A stretch of 64,000 nt of DNA, taken from the NCBI GenBank assembly GCA_964016885.1, contig OZ024742.1, positions 30,194,001 to 30,258,000 on the forward strand, written 5' to 3'. Below, piece by piece: positions 44,875 through 58,726 of the stretch; the first letter of the stretch is position 1, and each line of letters opens with the position of its first letter. This DNA comes from Eledone cirrhosa (Eukaryota). The notes beneath the pieces are model-generated. The model saw nothing but the letters and a program-made list of their open reading frames with translations, had not been told where the DNA came from and ran no database searches. The position numbers and the translations under genes are program-made.

Positions 44875-45337
44875 TCACTACTTCTCACCCTAGAGTTCCG
44901 CTAGAGGGCGCTAGGGGTTCCGCGAGAAACAGTGATAAATAAGCTAATGTATATTTCAGTAATTTTTGTTTCAATTTTATATTCGTAATTTTACTAAACA
45001 CGTACGGAATATTATTGGGAAATCCTTGATTATTATAAGAAAGGCTTCAACCCAAATAAAAGAGATCGATATTAATACTGGTATGTAAAGGGCCGTAACT
45101 CTTTGCCATGCTTTGCAACAAAGAATTACGACCCTTTATGGTCTGAGTTCAAATCCCGCCGAGGTCATCGGGTTCGATAAAATAAAGCACCAGTAATATG
45201 CTGGGATGATTGCTGGCCTTGTGCCGAAAGTAGAAACAATTAATACTGGTATATAATAATTTGTATGCAGGGGTTCCCTGAGACAGGAAAACTATTTCAA
45301 GGGTTACTCAAAGATTAAAATGGTTGAGAAACTCTCG
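44875..45337. mobile_element. hAT (Charlie-like) MITE with an inserted SINE fragment
   Basis: Termini CACTACTTCTCACCC / GGTTGAGAAACTCT, subterminal GGGGTTCC motifs; SINE 45085-45238 bounded by the direct repeat ATTAATACTGGTAT. Confidence 0.55.
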
Positions 45338-45659
45338 TCAAGATAAATAAGGGATCACTTACGCTATTATTTTAGAAATTAGAAGGAAAGGTTTGTCATG
45401 CGTGACCCATGCTTTTGCTGTCTTGTCCTCAGGGCGCAGCCCTTCTGGCCCCATGCCCTAGGCCCACAGCCCAATCACCCTCCTCTTCACTCCTCCCCTC
45501 TCATCTGCGACACTAGAGTTTTTGCCATCCCCTTCACGTTCGTTTTTTTTCCTTTCTTTTTCTCTTTTTTCTCTATATTTTCCTAATCTTTTTTTCTTTT
45601 GTTTCCTTTTCGTTTTTTATTATTATTATTATTATTATTGTTGTCATTATTATTATTAT

Positions 45660-46705
45660 TTGGATTGGCAGTATCAGTAGAGCGTCAGACACCATGCTTT
45701 GCAGCATAGAGGTATGGCCCCTTACGTTCTAGATTAAAATCCCGCTGAGGTTAACTTTGCCTTTCATCTTTATGGGGTTGATAAAATAAAGTACCAGTCA
45801 CGCAATGGGGTCGATTTAATCGACTTTCCCCTCCCCCAGAATTGCTGGCCTTGTGCCTATATAAGAAACTATTATTACTGTAGGTGGATTGGCAGTATCG
45901 CTAGAGGCTCGGGCGTCATGCTTTGACGCATAGAGTTACGGCCCTTGCCATTCTGAATTCAAATCCCGCCGAGGTTAACTTTGCCTTTCATCCTTACGAG
46001 GTCGATAAAGTACCAGTAATGCACTGGGTATTTGCTGGCCTTGTGCCAAAAGTAGAAACAATTATTACTGTAAATAAAAGTTCTCGTTTTGTCAATAGAT
46101 ATTCACTTTCAGTTATTAAGAATGCGTCGTTGCTGTGGTAGAAGGGCGGGTGTTCATAGGTATTGTTCTTTCACAGCCCTACTGACATATGAATTGCCCG
46201 CAGGTGCGAGCCCGCGAGGTGGCGTGGCTGTTCCACCGCGTCTCCCTCGCCGTCTTCCAAGACAACTTTGCCTTTCAACATTTAAAGGTCGATAAAAAAG
46301 TACCAGCCAAGTAGTGTGGACGATTCTTCCTCTATATCTCTTTATCACTTTTCCTTTCTCACTTTCTATCTTCTCTGGAAGAAATCTGTTGTATTCAGAC
46401 CTGGAGAGGAAATGGAATCCCCCAGGTTTAAATAAAATGCCCAACAAACGCTATATATCAATACAATGCCCTACGACTCCACCAGGAGTTACGGGACCAT
46501 ATTATATCATATGACCATCAAGGCGGTGGATTGGCAGTATCAGTAGAGTACCAGACACCATGCTTTGCAGCATAGAGTTATGTCCCTTTACGTTCAAATC
46601 CCGCCGAGGTTAACTTTGCCTTCCATCCTCACGAGATCGAAAAAATAAAGCATCAGTAATGCACTGGGGTAATTGCTGGCCTTGTGCCAAGAGTGGAAAC
46701 AATTA
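45660..46705 (+). mobile_element. Cluster of same-orientation short SINEs (45660-45875, 45882-46065, 46260-46475, 46521-46705)
   Basis: Repeated GGTGGATTGGCAGTATC heads and AAATCCCGCCGAGGTTAACTTTGCCTT bodies. Confidence 0.8.
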
Positions 46706-47244
46706 TATCATATAACCATCTTATTGAGGAAATATTCATGAAACTTAAAGCGACGGTAGAAAGGTTCAACGGTAAAAATATATAATTATATTCTACCCAA
46801 GGGGTTTTCAGAGACATGGGTTATATGCCATCCAAAATTCCTCAATTTCTCCCCATTTTGAATTGTCATCTAGTAATTTTTTCACCATTAAACCTTTATA
46901 GTGTTAATATTAAAACAATTTATTAAAACAAATTACTTTATTAATTGCAATTCTGATTTAAATGGATCATAAAACTCTATATGAGTTAATACCCAAATAT
47001 GCTGTTAGGAAGGCTAAAAGCACTTTATTAAGTGTTATCAAAAGAGGAAAAAAAATGCTAATAAATTCCTCGCAACATATAACTTTCATTTGATTTAATT
47101 CCCACTTTGGTTTGCGTGCAGAGAAACTAGAAGAGCTAGGAACAAATCCAATTAGTTTAACTTGAAGGTCATCATATTTACAATGGTTTGAAATGTTAAT
47201 ATATCCATAACTGCACTCTGTGACAAATTAGTAGCGACGGTGGC

Positions 47245-47740
47245 GGCTGGTCGGGGTTAATTAAAGCTGTAGCTATAGGCACAGCACCTTAGTGGAGGTG
47301 ATTATGATGGTGGGAGGGGGGAGTTAACTAGGCTTGAACCTGGGATACTATAGTGGGGTGGGTGGGGGTTAATTAAGCTGTAGTCGGAGGCACCTTAGTG
47401 GTGGGTTAACAGGGCTAGAGCAGGGGCACCTTAGTGGAGGTGATGATGGTGGTGGGGGCTAACTGGGCTGGAGCCAGGGGCACTTTAGTTGGGGTGAGGT
47501 GGGGTTAATTGTGATGTAACCAGAGGGCCCTTAGTGGTAGGGGGTAACTGACTGGATCCAGGGGCACTTTAGTGGCGGGGAGAAGGTTAATTGAGATGTA
47601 GTTAGGGGCACCTTAGTGACGGAGGTGTGGGTAATTTGGCTGTAGCCAGGTGCTCCTTGGTGTCGGGAGAGGATTAACTGGGATGCAACCACGGGGCCAC
47701 TAAATGGCAGGAGGGAGGTTAACTGAGTAAGAGCCAGGGG
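47245..47740. repeat. Degenerate G-rich tandem repeat of about 60 bp (GGGGTTAAT...GCTGTAGCCAGGGGCACCTTAGTGG)
   Basis: About 8 diverged units. Confidence 0.75.
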
Positions 47741-48399
47741 CCGCATGCAAGCTTAATCTGTCCCTGGTTGTATTTATTAAAGGTAGATTCAATCAAATAT
47801 GTTTATTTAATTGTTAGGAAAGGAAAAATCACTTGCTGAGCTTCGCTAGCTAAATCTAAACTATAATAAAGTAAGGAACACGGGACTGCGTACGGTTTAT
47901 ATTTGTTTATCCCGTTAGTAAAATAAGTTGGATTACTTTGAATAAATAATGAATGAATATTACATAATTTATCTATTAAATTTCGTGGCTGTTGATTAAA
48001 TATATTTTGTTTATTTAAAGATTCACTTCTTTAAAATGTCTAAAATGTCAACACTTCTGGTTTGCCATCGCTTAAATAAACATACTAATTTTCTGTCACT
48101 AATTTTCTCCTAATGCAGTTTATAAATAATATCGTCTTTTTTAATGTATCATGGATTACGTTACTGATTACATAAGACAGTGTAACGCAGTCTTCGTTCA
48201 ATTTCTATGTCTTATATAGTGTCAATTACGATTTTATTTGATGTATCATATCTACATGTATATATACCTGCGTATAATATCAATATACACACTACACCTG
48301 CTAGCAGAAGGGTGGTTTTTCTGCTAGTTGTTATAATTAGTAACAACTGTGATGATCCCGCCACTTGAAATGTTGTTTTAAGACGTGGATCAGTCGTTA

Positions 48400-49289
48400 T
48401 AAAGAGTGAATAAAACAAAACTGACCCCGCGTAAGGTTTGTGTTACTGTATATTCATTTTAAAACTGATGAACCTTAAATTTCGGGGAATGGCAAATATA
48501 ACGACTTAGAGGACAACAAGACCTTAATGGAACTCCGCCGAATTTTCTGCGTGAAACACTACTATAAGTGTGGTTCGTACAAGCAGGTCCCGGAGCAATT
48601 TCATTCGTTTTTTTTTTTAAAGGACAAATCTTCCTTCAAAACCAATATACAAAAATGGGTGAAGAATTTTGAGAGCTATGGAACGGGGGAGAATCTCAAT
48701 ATAATGTCTGAGGACCGTCTTATCCACTCTTGACGACCCAAGAAGCAAATACAAGAGTCTGTTGAACAAAGCCCAAAACAATCACTGCGCAGCAAAAATC
48801 AATCCTTGGGTCTCTCCAGAGAAACTTGCGGAAGGTTTATCAAAGATAATCTTAAGAAATACTCCTACAGAATATAGATTTAAAAAATAACTTTGGAAAT
48901 CGTGTGATTAGTTTGAAGACGGATTTTGTGTAGAGCCTCCAATTCCTTTCTTTGGGGCTATCTAAAGGATAGGATATATGTCAACAAACCCAGGACCATC
49001 TCTGAACTAAAGGAAAACAGCAGGGAGGAGATCACAGCTATCCATAACTATTTGTAAAGACATTATGTTAAACTTCCTCCATCTGCCTCAAACAATGCAT
49101 GGATTCAAATGAAGATCACTTGGAACGTGCTGTAACTCTGGACAGAAAGATCAGAAGATTGTAAATTTATGATAGGTTGTTTTTAATGGTTTGAAATAAA
49201 TATATTCAGAGTTTCATCAGTTTTTGTCTAACAATGAATAATGTAGACAAAAATAAAAACGGGGTCAGTTTTTTATTATTCCCGTTGTA
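48400..49289 (+). mobile_element. Internally deleted Tc1/mariner-superfamily DNA transposon
   Basis: Inverted AAAACTGACCCCG / CGGGGTCAGTTTT; remnants IQKWVKNFESYG, VEQSPKQSLR and FLWGYLKDRIYVNKPRTISELKE; most of the catalytic domain is missing. Confidence 0.85.
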
Positions 49290-50128
49290 TGTTTGTCCAT
49301 TAGTTTGGCGATCTGATCAGATACCATTTTAATCTTAATTGTGATTATAAGTATTATTTTCCCGGTTTCGATTGGTATAACAATCTTATCAAATATTAAA
49401 TATTAAATTGCAAAAATACTTTACAGAAACCTCTTATTTTGTTTTGTTGTCTGTTATACGTAAACATATTATGTCAACTATATTTTACAGGCAGAAGTTA
49501 TAAAATGATGGACATATAAGAAAAAAAGAGATAAAAACAAAATTAAATAATGAAAAATTGGGGAATGGGTAAAGAAGGGCAGATGTGGCTGTATAGGAAA
49601 GTAAAGGAAAGGACTATAAATGCCATAAATGAAAAGAAAAGGAGGGAAAGAGTAATGATTATTAGGCAACGGAAGAAAGAGAATTTAATGCAACAATTAT
49701 AAAATTCTGCATTCTGTCGGATTAAAGAAAACATAATCTTTAAATATACAACAACAAAAATATTTTCCCGGTGAAGGAGAAATTTCGGAACAATCCAAAA
49801 AGAGAAATAAATCTGTTTCAGATCAATGAATCTGTTGTTAATGTCATAATGTAGGTTGGAGAAGTGTGCTGGGGTTATTTGTAAGATGTTTCGTGAGGGA
49901 TCACATTTACTGAGATATGTGAAGAGAGGTTAATTCTCAACGCCTGACCTTTCAGAAAACAAACATTATATTTTGGCAATCCATGAGAGCCCCCTCTTCC
50001 ACTTGCAGATATTTATTCGATTTATTTAATTTGCAAAACTATCAATAAGATACAAAATCAAGACCTTTGTTTTCACTGTATTTCGTGAACTAGATGTCTT
50101 CATAATATCTAAAAAAAAGTCCAATAAA

Positions 50129-50233
<105 letters not shown>

Positions 50234-50273
50234 TATATATATATAAAATATATAAATCTATATATATATATGA

Positions 50274-50305
<32 letters not shown>

Positions 50306-50335
50306 GTATGTATATATATATATATATATACATAC

Positions 50336-50367
<32 letters not shown>

Positions 50368-50470
50368 TCATATATAGATTTATATATTTTATATATATGA
50401 TAATGACGATATTTATGATTGTGTGTATGTGTGTATATGTGCCTGTCAAAGTCGGTATATGTATGAAGTG

Positions 50471-50589
<119 letters not shown>

Positions 50590-50925
50590 TTATACACTAA
50601 GCTTGCCAAATGCTCTCCCGTACAAAGATTTAAAAATCAGAAAAACAAGAACGAAAGTCCTAATTAAATCAAGCAAAACATTTCTATCGTATCAATTCTT
50701 CTATATACGTGTTCGATTATAAGATATATGTTGAAATATTCCTATATTCTAGTAATCTGGTGGTGGGGTGGGTAGGCGGGCAAGTGTGAAACTAAAGAGC
50801 TAATCTAACTATTGATTCGTGTGGTGGAAATCATTGATATAATATTGAACTTTGTAAATAAACAAGGTTGTGTTTTAATAAGGTGGCATCACGTATATTT
50901 AATGTTGGCATTGGTTAGTTTTGTT

Positions 50926-51090
50926 GTGTCGGGTGTAGTGGCGGGGTTGGTGGTGTGTCGGGTGTAGTGGCGGGGTTGGTGGTGTGTCGGGTGTAGTGGC
51001 GGGGTTGGTGGTGTGTCGGGTGTGGTGGCGGGGTTGCTGGTGTGTCGGGTGTAGTGGCGGGGTTGGTGGTGTGTCGGGTGTAGTGGCGGT
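50926..51090. repeat. 29-bp G-rich minisatellite (TGTGTCGGGTGTAGTGGCGGGGTTGGTGG), about 5.5 copies
   Basis: Direct tandem repeats. Confidence 0.92.
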
Positions 51091-51245
51091 GTGTAGTGAA
51101 GAGTCGGTGTGTGTGTGTCTGCGTGTGTCTGTATGTATCAGTGTGTGTCAGTGTATGTGTGTGTGTGTGTCCGTGTGTGTGTGTGTGTGTGTCTGCGTGG
51201 GTCCGTATGTGTCAGTGTGTGTCAGTGTATGTGTGGTGTGTGTCC

Positions 51246-51338
<93 letters not shown>

Positions 51339-51422
51339 GGGAGGGGTTAATATGTAGAGAGTCGATCACAGACAGGCAGACAGTAAGAAAGAGAGAAAGA
51401 CATACAGAGAAAAGGATTGTGA

Positions 51423-51460
<38 letters not shown>

Positions 51461-51629
51461 ACATATATATGCATATTTATGCAATAAATGTGTGTATATT
51501 TATACACACACACACATATATATATACGCATATTTATATAGCTATATATACAATAAATATATGTATATATATGTATATATATATATATATATATATAGTA
51601 CATCTTGTTTTCATATTCACACATATATA

Positions 51630-52405
51630 TTTTCCTCCGCTGTGACCCGTCTTTTTCATTCTTACTGCTTCCTCTTTCTCTGTATCTCTCACTTCCCTTT
51701 ACCCTCTCTAACAGTCACTCTCTCTGTTAGCCTCTTCCTCACCTTTCACTCACTCACTCTCTGCTACTCCCTCTCCCACTTCCTCCCGTTTGACCTGTGC
51801 GAAATTCTTTCCTCACGCACACTTTGACCAGGTTGGTTGTTCCTTTTTTTTCTCTCTCGTCTACGATTTCACAGAACTTATGTTCACCGAATTCAGGGAC
51901 TAGACTCCTTCTTTCTCACTTTTTGTTGCATTACCATCTTTGATTGTTTACAGTCTCGCTCGTTCCCCTTATTTACGTGTCCCAACGACTTTCTTTAGCC
52001 GTTGCTCGTACCAACCGGAGGTATATGGTCTTTAAAGCCAATGAAGGTTGGAAGATCACTGATCAAGGACTAAATTTATTCATATATATATATATAAACT
52101 CTTTTCCTGAGTCCAACTACCAACCGGAGGTATATGGTCTTTAAAGCCAATGAAGGTTGGAAGATCACTGATCAAGGACTAAATTTATTCATATATATAT
52201 ATATAAACTCTTTTCCTGAGTCCAACCATTTTCGTTGCTATGGCAATGCGGCTGGACTGCCGATCGCTATATTTGATTTGCAAAGCTGTCTAAACGTATT
52301 GTTATTACTCTGGCGTACTATTCCCTATCGAGTGCTAAAGCTACATACCGAATTTGCATTTGTTAGCTTGGCCGTAACCTAAAGCTTCGTTAATGCTGTA
52401 CTAAA
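51630..52405 (+). mobile_element. (TA)n-flanked element with an internal tandem duplication of about 110 bp (52011-52226)
   Basis: CCAACCGGAGGTATATGG...CTGAGTCCAAC occurs twice; related to 1051-1478. Confidence 0.55.
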
Positions 52406-52505
52406 ATTTATATATATATATATATTTATATAATTAGAATTTTATTTCTCGCTCTAGCGCAGCTGATACATAAATGTATGTATGCACACGTACGCACACA
52501 CATAT

Positions 52506-52553
<48 letters not shown>

Positions 52554-52721
52554 GGGGTAACAAATAATAGTTAAATGCAGTCCACTTAGGTATAGTCCAG
52601 TTATGGTATTCCAGTTAGTGGATGATATCAACGCTTGGCTTGGTTTGACTCAACAAGGTGTTTTCATAGTGTATGTATGTGTCTATGTACACATGCATGT
52701 GTGTATATATATATATATATA

Positions 52722-52805
<84 letters not shown>

Positions 52806-53183
52806 AATATATGCGTATATTACCTCCTTAACCTCTGTATTGACTCAACAACTATTTAGCTTTGACAGTATTGTCCCACTCATGTATGTTATTGAAGATG
52901 AAAAGAAAGACTGTAAACACTGACTTATCTTTATAATTTAAAATTGATACACACTTCGATACTCTGTACATGCCAAACTTTTACTTCTGCCTCATGACAG
53001 CTAGTTTTACACGCCTAAATCTTAGATACACTATACCCCCCACCTAAATAATGTCAGGGTTTCCTCAAATAATTTATTAATAGCATTGTTGTAATTGTTG
53101 TTATTGTTCTAACTGAATGCCATTACTACTTCATATAGTAGCCTGTATATTCTTTTCTTGCCTGTGTATTCTCTTCATTCTCG

Positions 53184-53296
53184 CATGCTCCGAAGAACTG
53201 ACTGGTTATAATTTTGTATTGGCGATCGAGTAACGTGAAAACAAGCGAATAGCGATCTCTAGACCTACCAGTTCAGAGAAACAATTGTCAGCTATG
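53184..53296 (+). ncRNA. Hammerhead with a long stem II insert and a U4C core change
   Basis: GCT-CCGAAGA-ACTGACTGGT...ACCAGTTCAGA-GAAA-CAATTG-TC-AGC, about 55 bp upstream of (TA)n. Confidence 0.6.
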
Positions 53297-53345
53297 AGAT
53301 TAAAAACCTTTTTTGTATAGCAAACCATGTCAACCTTCTTTCCTG

Positions 53346-53449
<104 letters not shown>

Positions 53450-53469
53450 ATATATACATATAGATATGT

Positions 53470-53785
53470 ACGTATGGGTTATATCGAATATTAATAATAT
53501 TTTTAAAATTCAGCAAGGCCAGCCGTAACTCGCTCGGTATGCAAATGAGGCTACTCAGCCGATGTGTAGTTAAGAAAATACTTTATATTTTCAACCGTTC
53601 AACACATTGGCAGAGAGGTATTCAGTCCTGGTGAAGGGTAATGACCCAGAAACCTGTTGATTGTTCCTCAAAGCCAGTGTTGAGCAAACAGGTGATGTTC
53701 GGTCCACGGCAGTTCCTAATCGGGCCGTTTGTTTACAAACGAATCGAACATTATTATTAATATTCGATATAACCCAAACCTACAT
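53470..53785 (+). mobile_element. Hammerhead element with 24-bp inverted termini
   Basis: TGGGTTATATCGAATATTAATAAT / ATTATTAATATTCGATATAACCCA; internal CAGTC-CTGGTGA-AGGGT AATG ACCCA-GAAA-CCTG-TT-GATTG (53623-53663); diverged homolog of 56020-56270. Confidence 0.7.
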
Positions 53786-53794
53786 ATTTATATA

Positions 53795-53890
<96 letters not shown>

Positions 53891-54124
53891 TATATATGTG
53901 TGTGTGTACGTGTGCATACTAACATTTACATATATGTGTATGTATATATACATATATATGTATACATACACATATATGGAAATATATACATATATATGTA
54001 TATATATATATATAAGAATATATGTATATATGTATATATATACATATATGTATATATATACATATATATATACACATATGTATATATATATATACATATA
54101 TATATATACACATATGTTTACTAC

Positions 54125-54157
<33 letters not shown>

Positions 54158-54303
54158 ATGTATACATACATATATATATAAATATACATATATACGCACA
54201 CACATATATATATATATATTTATATATATATATATATGACTATATGTATGTATGTATTTATATATTTGATATATATATATATATGTATATAAATATATAT
54301 GCA

Positions 54304-54334
<31 letters not shown>

Positions 54335-54503
54335 CTACCTGCGTATATATTTGTCTGTGCGTGTGTACGACTGTGTCTATTTGTTTGTATTTCTGTCTTC
54401 ACAACATGGTTGATAAAACCTGGATAGAAATAAAATCGCTTTGATTATGAAGCCTACACAATGGTGTCTCTCTAGAGAGTGTAATGTCAATATTAGTTGA
54501 AGA

Positions 54504-54546
<43 letters not shown>

Positions 54547-54550
<4 letters not shown>

Positions 54551-54659
54551 AAAAAGTATGACCCCGACGGCATACTTTTTTCCTATTTCCCACTCTACTA
54601 CCCTAAGTATTGACTACTCTGGTGGGTTATGGGCCATCTGGTTCCTTACCACAATTCCT

Positions 54660-54665
<6 letters not shown>
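54547..54665 (-). mobile_element. Internally deleted derivative of the 431-985 element
   Basis: First 25 bp or so match 431-455 and are joined directly to sequence matching 895-985. Confidence 0.8.
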
Positions 54666-54696
<31 letters not shown>

Positions 54697-54701
<5 letters not shown>

Positions 54702-55534
54702 ATAAATAAATCTTCAGGACTACATATCCAGAATAGAAGCACTGGATATGTAGTCCTGAAGATTTCTAATAAGAATGAAACGCGTAGATTACTTCCCTTG
54801 CTTTTGTCGAGAATCTAATTGTAATACGTGACGTATTCTATTCTATAGCGATTAGGTCTTCAAAATGTTTATTATAAACATACAGAATATTTTCGAATAT
54901 TCTATGTCTATATTCACATATATATCGCTATTTCAGAGCATTTATTCCAATTTCTAATTTCTGCCGGACCGGCAACCGCTCTTTCAAACCAGTTCCTGTA
55001 CACAGCTAAGTATTCTATAAGTCTCTAGCTGTGTCATTCTCGATAGAAGCACTGGATATGTAGTCCTGAAGATTTCTAATAAGAATGAAACGCGTAGATT
55101 ACTTCCCTTGCTTTTGTCGAGAATCTAATTGTAATACGTGATGTATTCTATTCTATAGCGATTAGGTCTTCAAAATGTTTATTATAAACATACAGAATAT
55201 TTTCGAATATTCTATGTCTATATTCACATATATATCGCTATTTCAGAGCATTTATTCCAATTTCTAATTTCTGCCGGACCGGCAACCGCTCTTTCAAACC
55301 AGTTCCTGTACACAGCTAAGTATTCTATAAGTCTCTAGCTGTGTCATTCTCGATAGAAGCACTGGATATGTAGTCCTGAAGATTTCTAATAAAAATGAAA
55401 CGCGTAGATTACTTCCCTTGCTTTTGTCGAGAATCTAATTGTAATACGTGACGTATTCTATTCTATAGCGATTAGGTCTTCAAAATGTTTATTATAAACA
55501 TACAGAATATTTTCGAATATTCTATGTCTATATT

Positions 55535-55540
<6 letters not shown>
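54697..55540 (+). mobile_element. Tandem array of 310-bp hammerhead-containing units (retrozyme/pLTR-like) in (TA)n
   Basis: Exact 310-bp period; hammerheads at 54750-54792, 55060-55102 and 55370-55412 (GTAGTC-CTGAAGA...GAAA-CGCG-TA-GATTAC); inverted pieces at the left end. Confidence 0.88.
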
Positions 55541-55583
<43 letters not shown>

Positions 55584-55844
55584 CAGAATATTAATAAATG
55601 AAGACATTCCCATAATCAAAAAATATGTTTTATTATATATATTTAGAAGGTACTGTGGTGTTTTTTCAGTACGTCCTCATCAGATAAAATACATGAATTG
55701 ATGTATGACATATCTCAACGGTCTTGATGGTTCAATTCCAGTATTGGCACTATATTCATTGAGTAATCAATGAACCATATTAATCTTTGGTTATATATAT
55801 ATATTTGTGTTTGTATGTATGTATGTATACATATATATATATAA

Positions 55845-56270
55845 ACGGAAAAAATGAAACGAATTTCATTTCTCACTCTTAGTACGGCTGTTACTTAAAT
55901 ATAAGTATGTATACGTACATACCTATATGTATACAGACGTACAGTAGTATGTATATATATATACATACATGCACACATATATATATATGTGCGTATGGAT
56001 TTACCGAACATTTATTATAATGCTCGGTTTGTTTGTAAACAAACATCCCGAATTAAGCCGTACAGTGTTTAGCAACCATCGTTGCCCTTTTGTTCAACAC
56101 TGACAAAGGAACGATGTACTAGTTTCAAGCTTTTTAGCTGTCGTCAGCACCGTATACCTTCCTGCCAGATGATTGAACGTCTGAAAGTATATACTTTCCT
56201 TATGCATATTAACGGCTGAGCAGCCTAATTTCAATATCGAGTGAGTTAATCGGCCGGGCGCACCGAAAAC
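55845..56270 (-). mobile_element. (TA)n-flanked hammerhead element
   Basis: Homologous to 53510-53785 and 2240-2488. Confidence 0.75.
56112..56152 (-). ncRNA. Minimal type I hammerhead ribozyme
   Basis: Minus strand CGGTG-CTGACGA-CAGCT AAAA AGCTT-GAAA-CTAG-TA-CATCG. Confidence 0.82.
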
Positions 56271-56291
56271 ATATATATTTTTAATAATAAA

Positions 56292-56346
<55 letters not shown>

Positions 56347-56477
56347 ATACGTACATACATACATACATACATACATACATGCATACATACATACATACAT
56401 ATATGTATATATATATATATAGAGAGAGAGAGATATATATAAATATATATATATATTTATTTATAAATATAAATATA

Positions 56478-57268
<791 letters not shown>

Positions 57269-57298
57269 TATATATATATATATATATACATACATATG

Positions 57299-57331
<33 letters not shown>

Positions 57332-57376
57332 TCATACATACATATATATATATACATATATACATGTGTGTGTGTG

Positions 57377-57428
<52 letters not shown>

Positions 57429-57431
<3 letters not shown>

Positions 57432-57637
57432 ACCAATGAAATAAGATAATATTCAGTAGTTAATTAATCAACTGTTTCTGTTGATAAACACCAAGATGAA
57501 TGTGTTGTTTCGTGACTAATAGCATGTAGTTGTATAACTGTTCAGTACATCGACAAAATTAGGGTTTTTCCCTCTGAAGCGGTCGTAAAACAATGGATTA
57601 ATCTCTAAACCTTGTCTTATTTATTTCATTGCTCAAC
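57429..57637. mobile_element. Short TA-flanked element with 16-bp inverted termini
   Basis: TTGACCAATGAAATAA / TTATTTCATTGCTCAA (one mismatch). Confidence 0.5.
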
Positions 57638-57694
57638 ATTATATATCTGCCTTTGTAGTTATTGAATTCCTAATCACGTGTAATAAGACATCAG

Positions 57695-57830
57695 CGGCAA
57701 CCTGGTGCAGTCTGCGACTAATCCAGGCTCTGCTGCACTTCGGGCCGAGGAGGGTAAACTCTCCAAATATCGGTCGCTTTCCGATAGGTTTGCGGTCGAT
57801 CCCGTAAAACTGGAGACTTTAGCTACCAAC
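57695..57830 (+). mobile_element. CRE-like restriction-like endonuclease fragment
   Basis: NLVQSATNPGSAALRAEEGKLSKYRSLSDRFAVDPVKLET; homologous to 19710-20100. Confidence 0.7.
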
Positions 57831-58256
57831 TTCCAAATTTCAGAGCTAAAGGCTTTCAAATATATATTCGTAAACATACCATATATCATGAGATATACAA
57901 AATATACATACTTATATGTATACAGCTATGTTGGAGCGAACACCTTAATTCTATCTCTTGTTCAGGCCGAGCAGGCCTACCGCCGGAGGTATACAGAATA
58001 GGCTAATCAGCCCGTGTACATAGGCGTCAAAACTATGTTTTCGCCTATATTAAGTTCCAGCAGAAAGCGAGGTAAAGGGAAGTATTGCTTTGATAACGAC
58101 CATCAGATAGAAACGGGCGTTGGTAATTTCTTCCATTCACTATGCAGTCTTCGACCACTGCATAGTGTATGGGTCAATTGAAAAATAATGAGAAATTATG
58201 TAGAAAAGGGAAATATATAATATATTCATAGACACGTATACATACATATATATGTA

Positions 58257-58352
<96 letters not shown>

Positions 58353-58518
58353 CATTTTATTGTATTTCACATTTTTATACATTTCCCATTATTTTTAATA
58401 AATATTTATATATATATATATATATATACATATATACATACATACATACGTACATACATACATACATATATACATACATACATACATACATACGTACATA
58501 CATACATACATACATACA

Positions 58519-58551
<33 letters not shown>

Positions 58552-58693
58552 GTGTATATACGTATATATATAGAGAGAGAGTAACAGGAACAGGAAATAC
58601 ACTAATATATAATATGTCATATACGAATACGTTATATACACATACATCTGCACATTCACTCACGTATGCACATATATACATATATACATACAT

Positions 58694-58726
<33 letters not shown>

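Noticed and set aside
44660-44880. Putative promoter (CpG-richer, CTACAAATCCC, CACGTGAC)
   Set aside because: Short motifs only, with no linked exon
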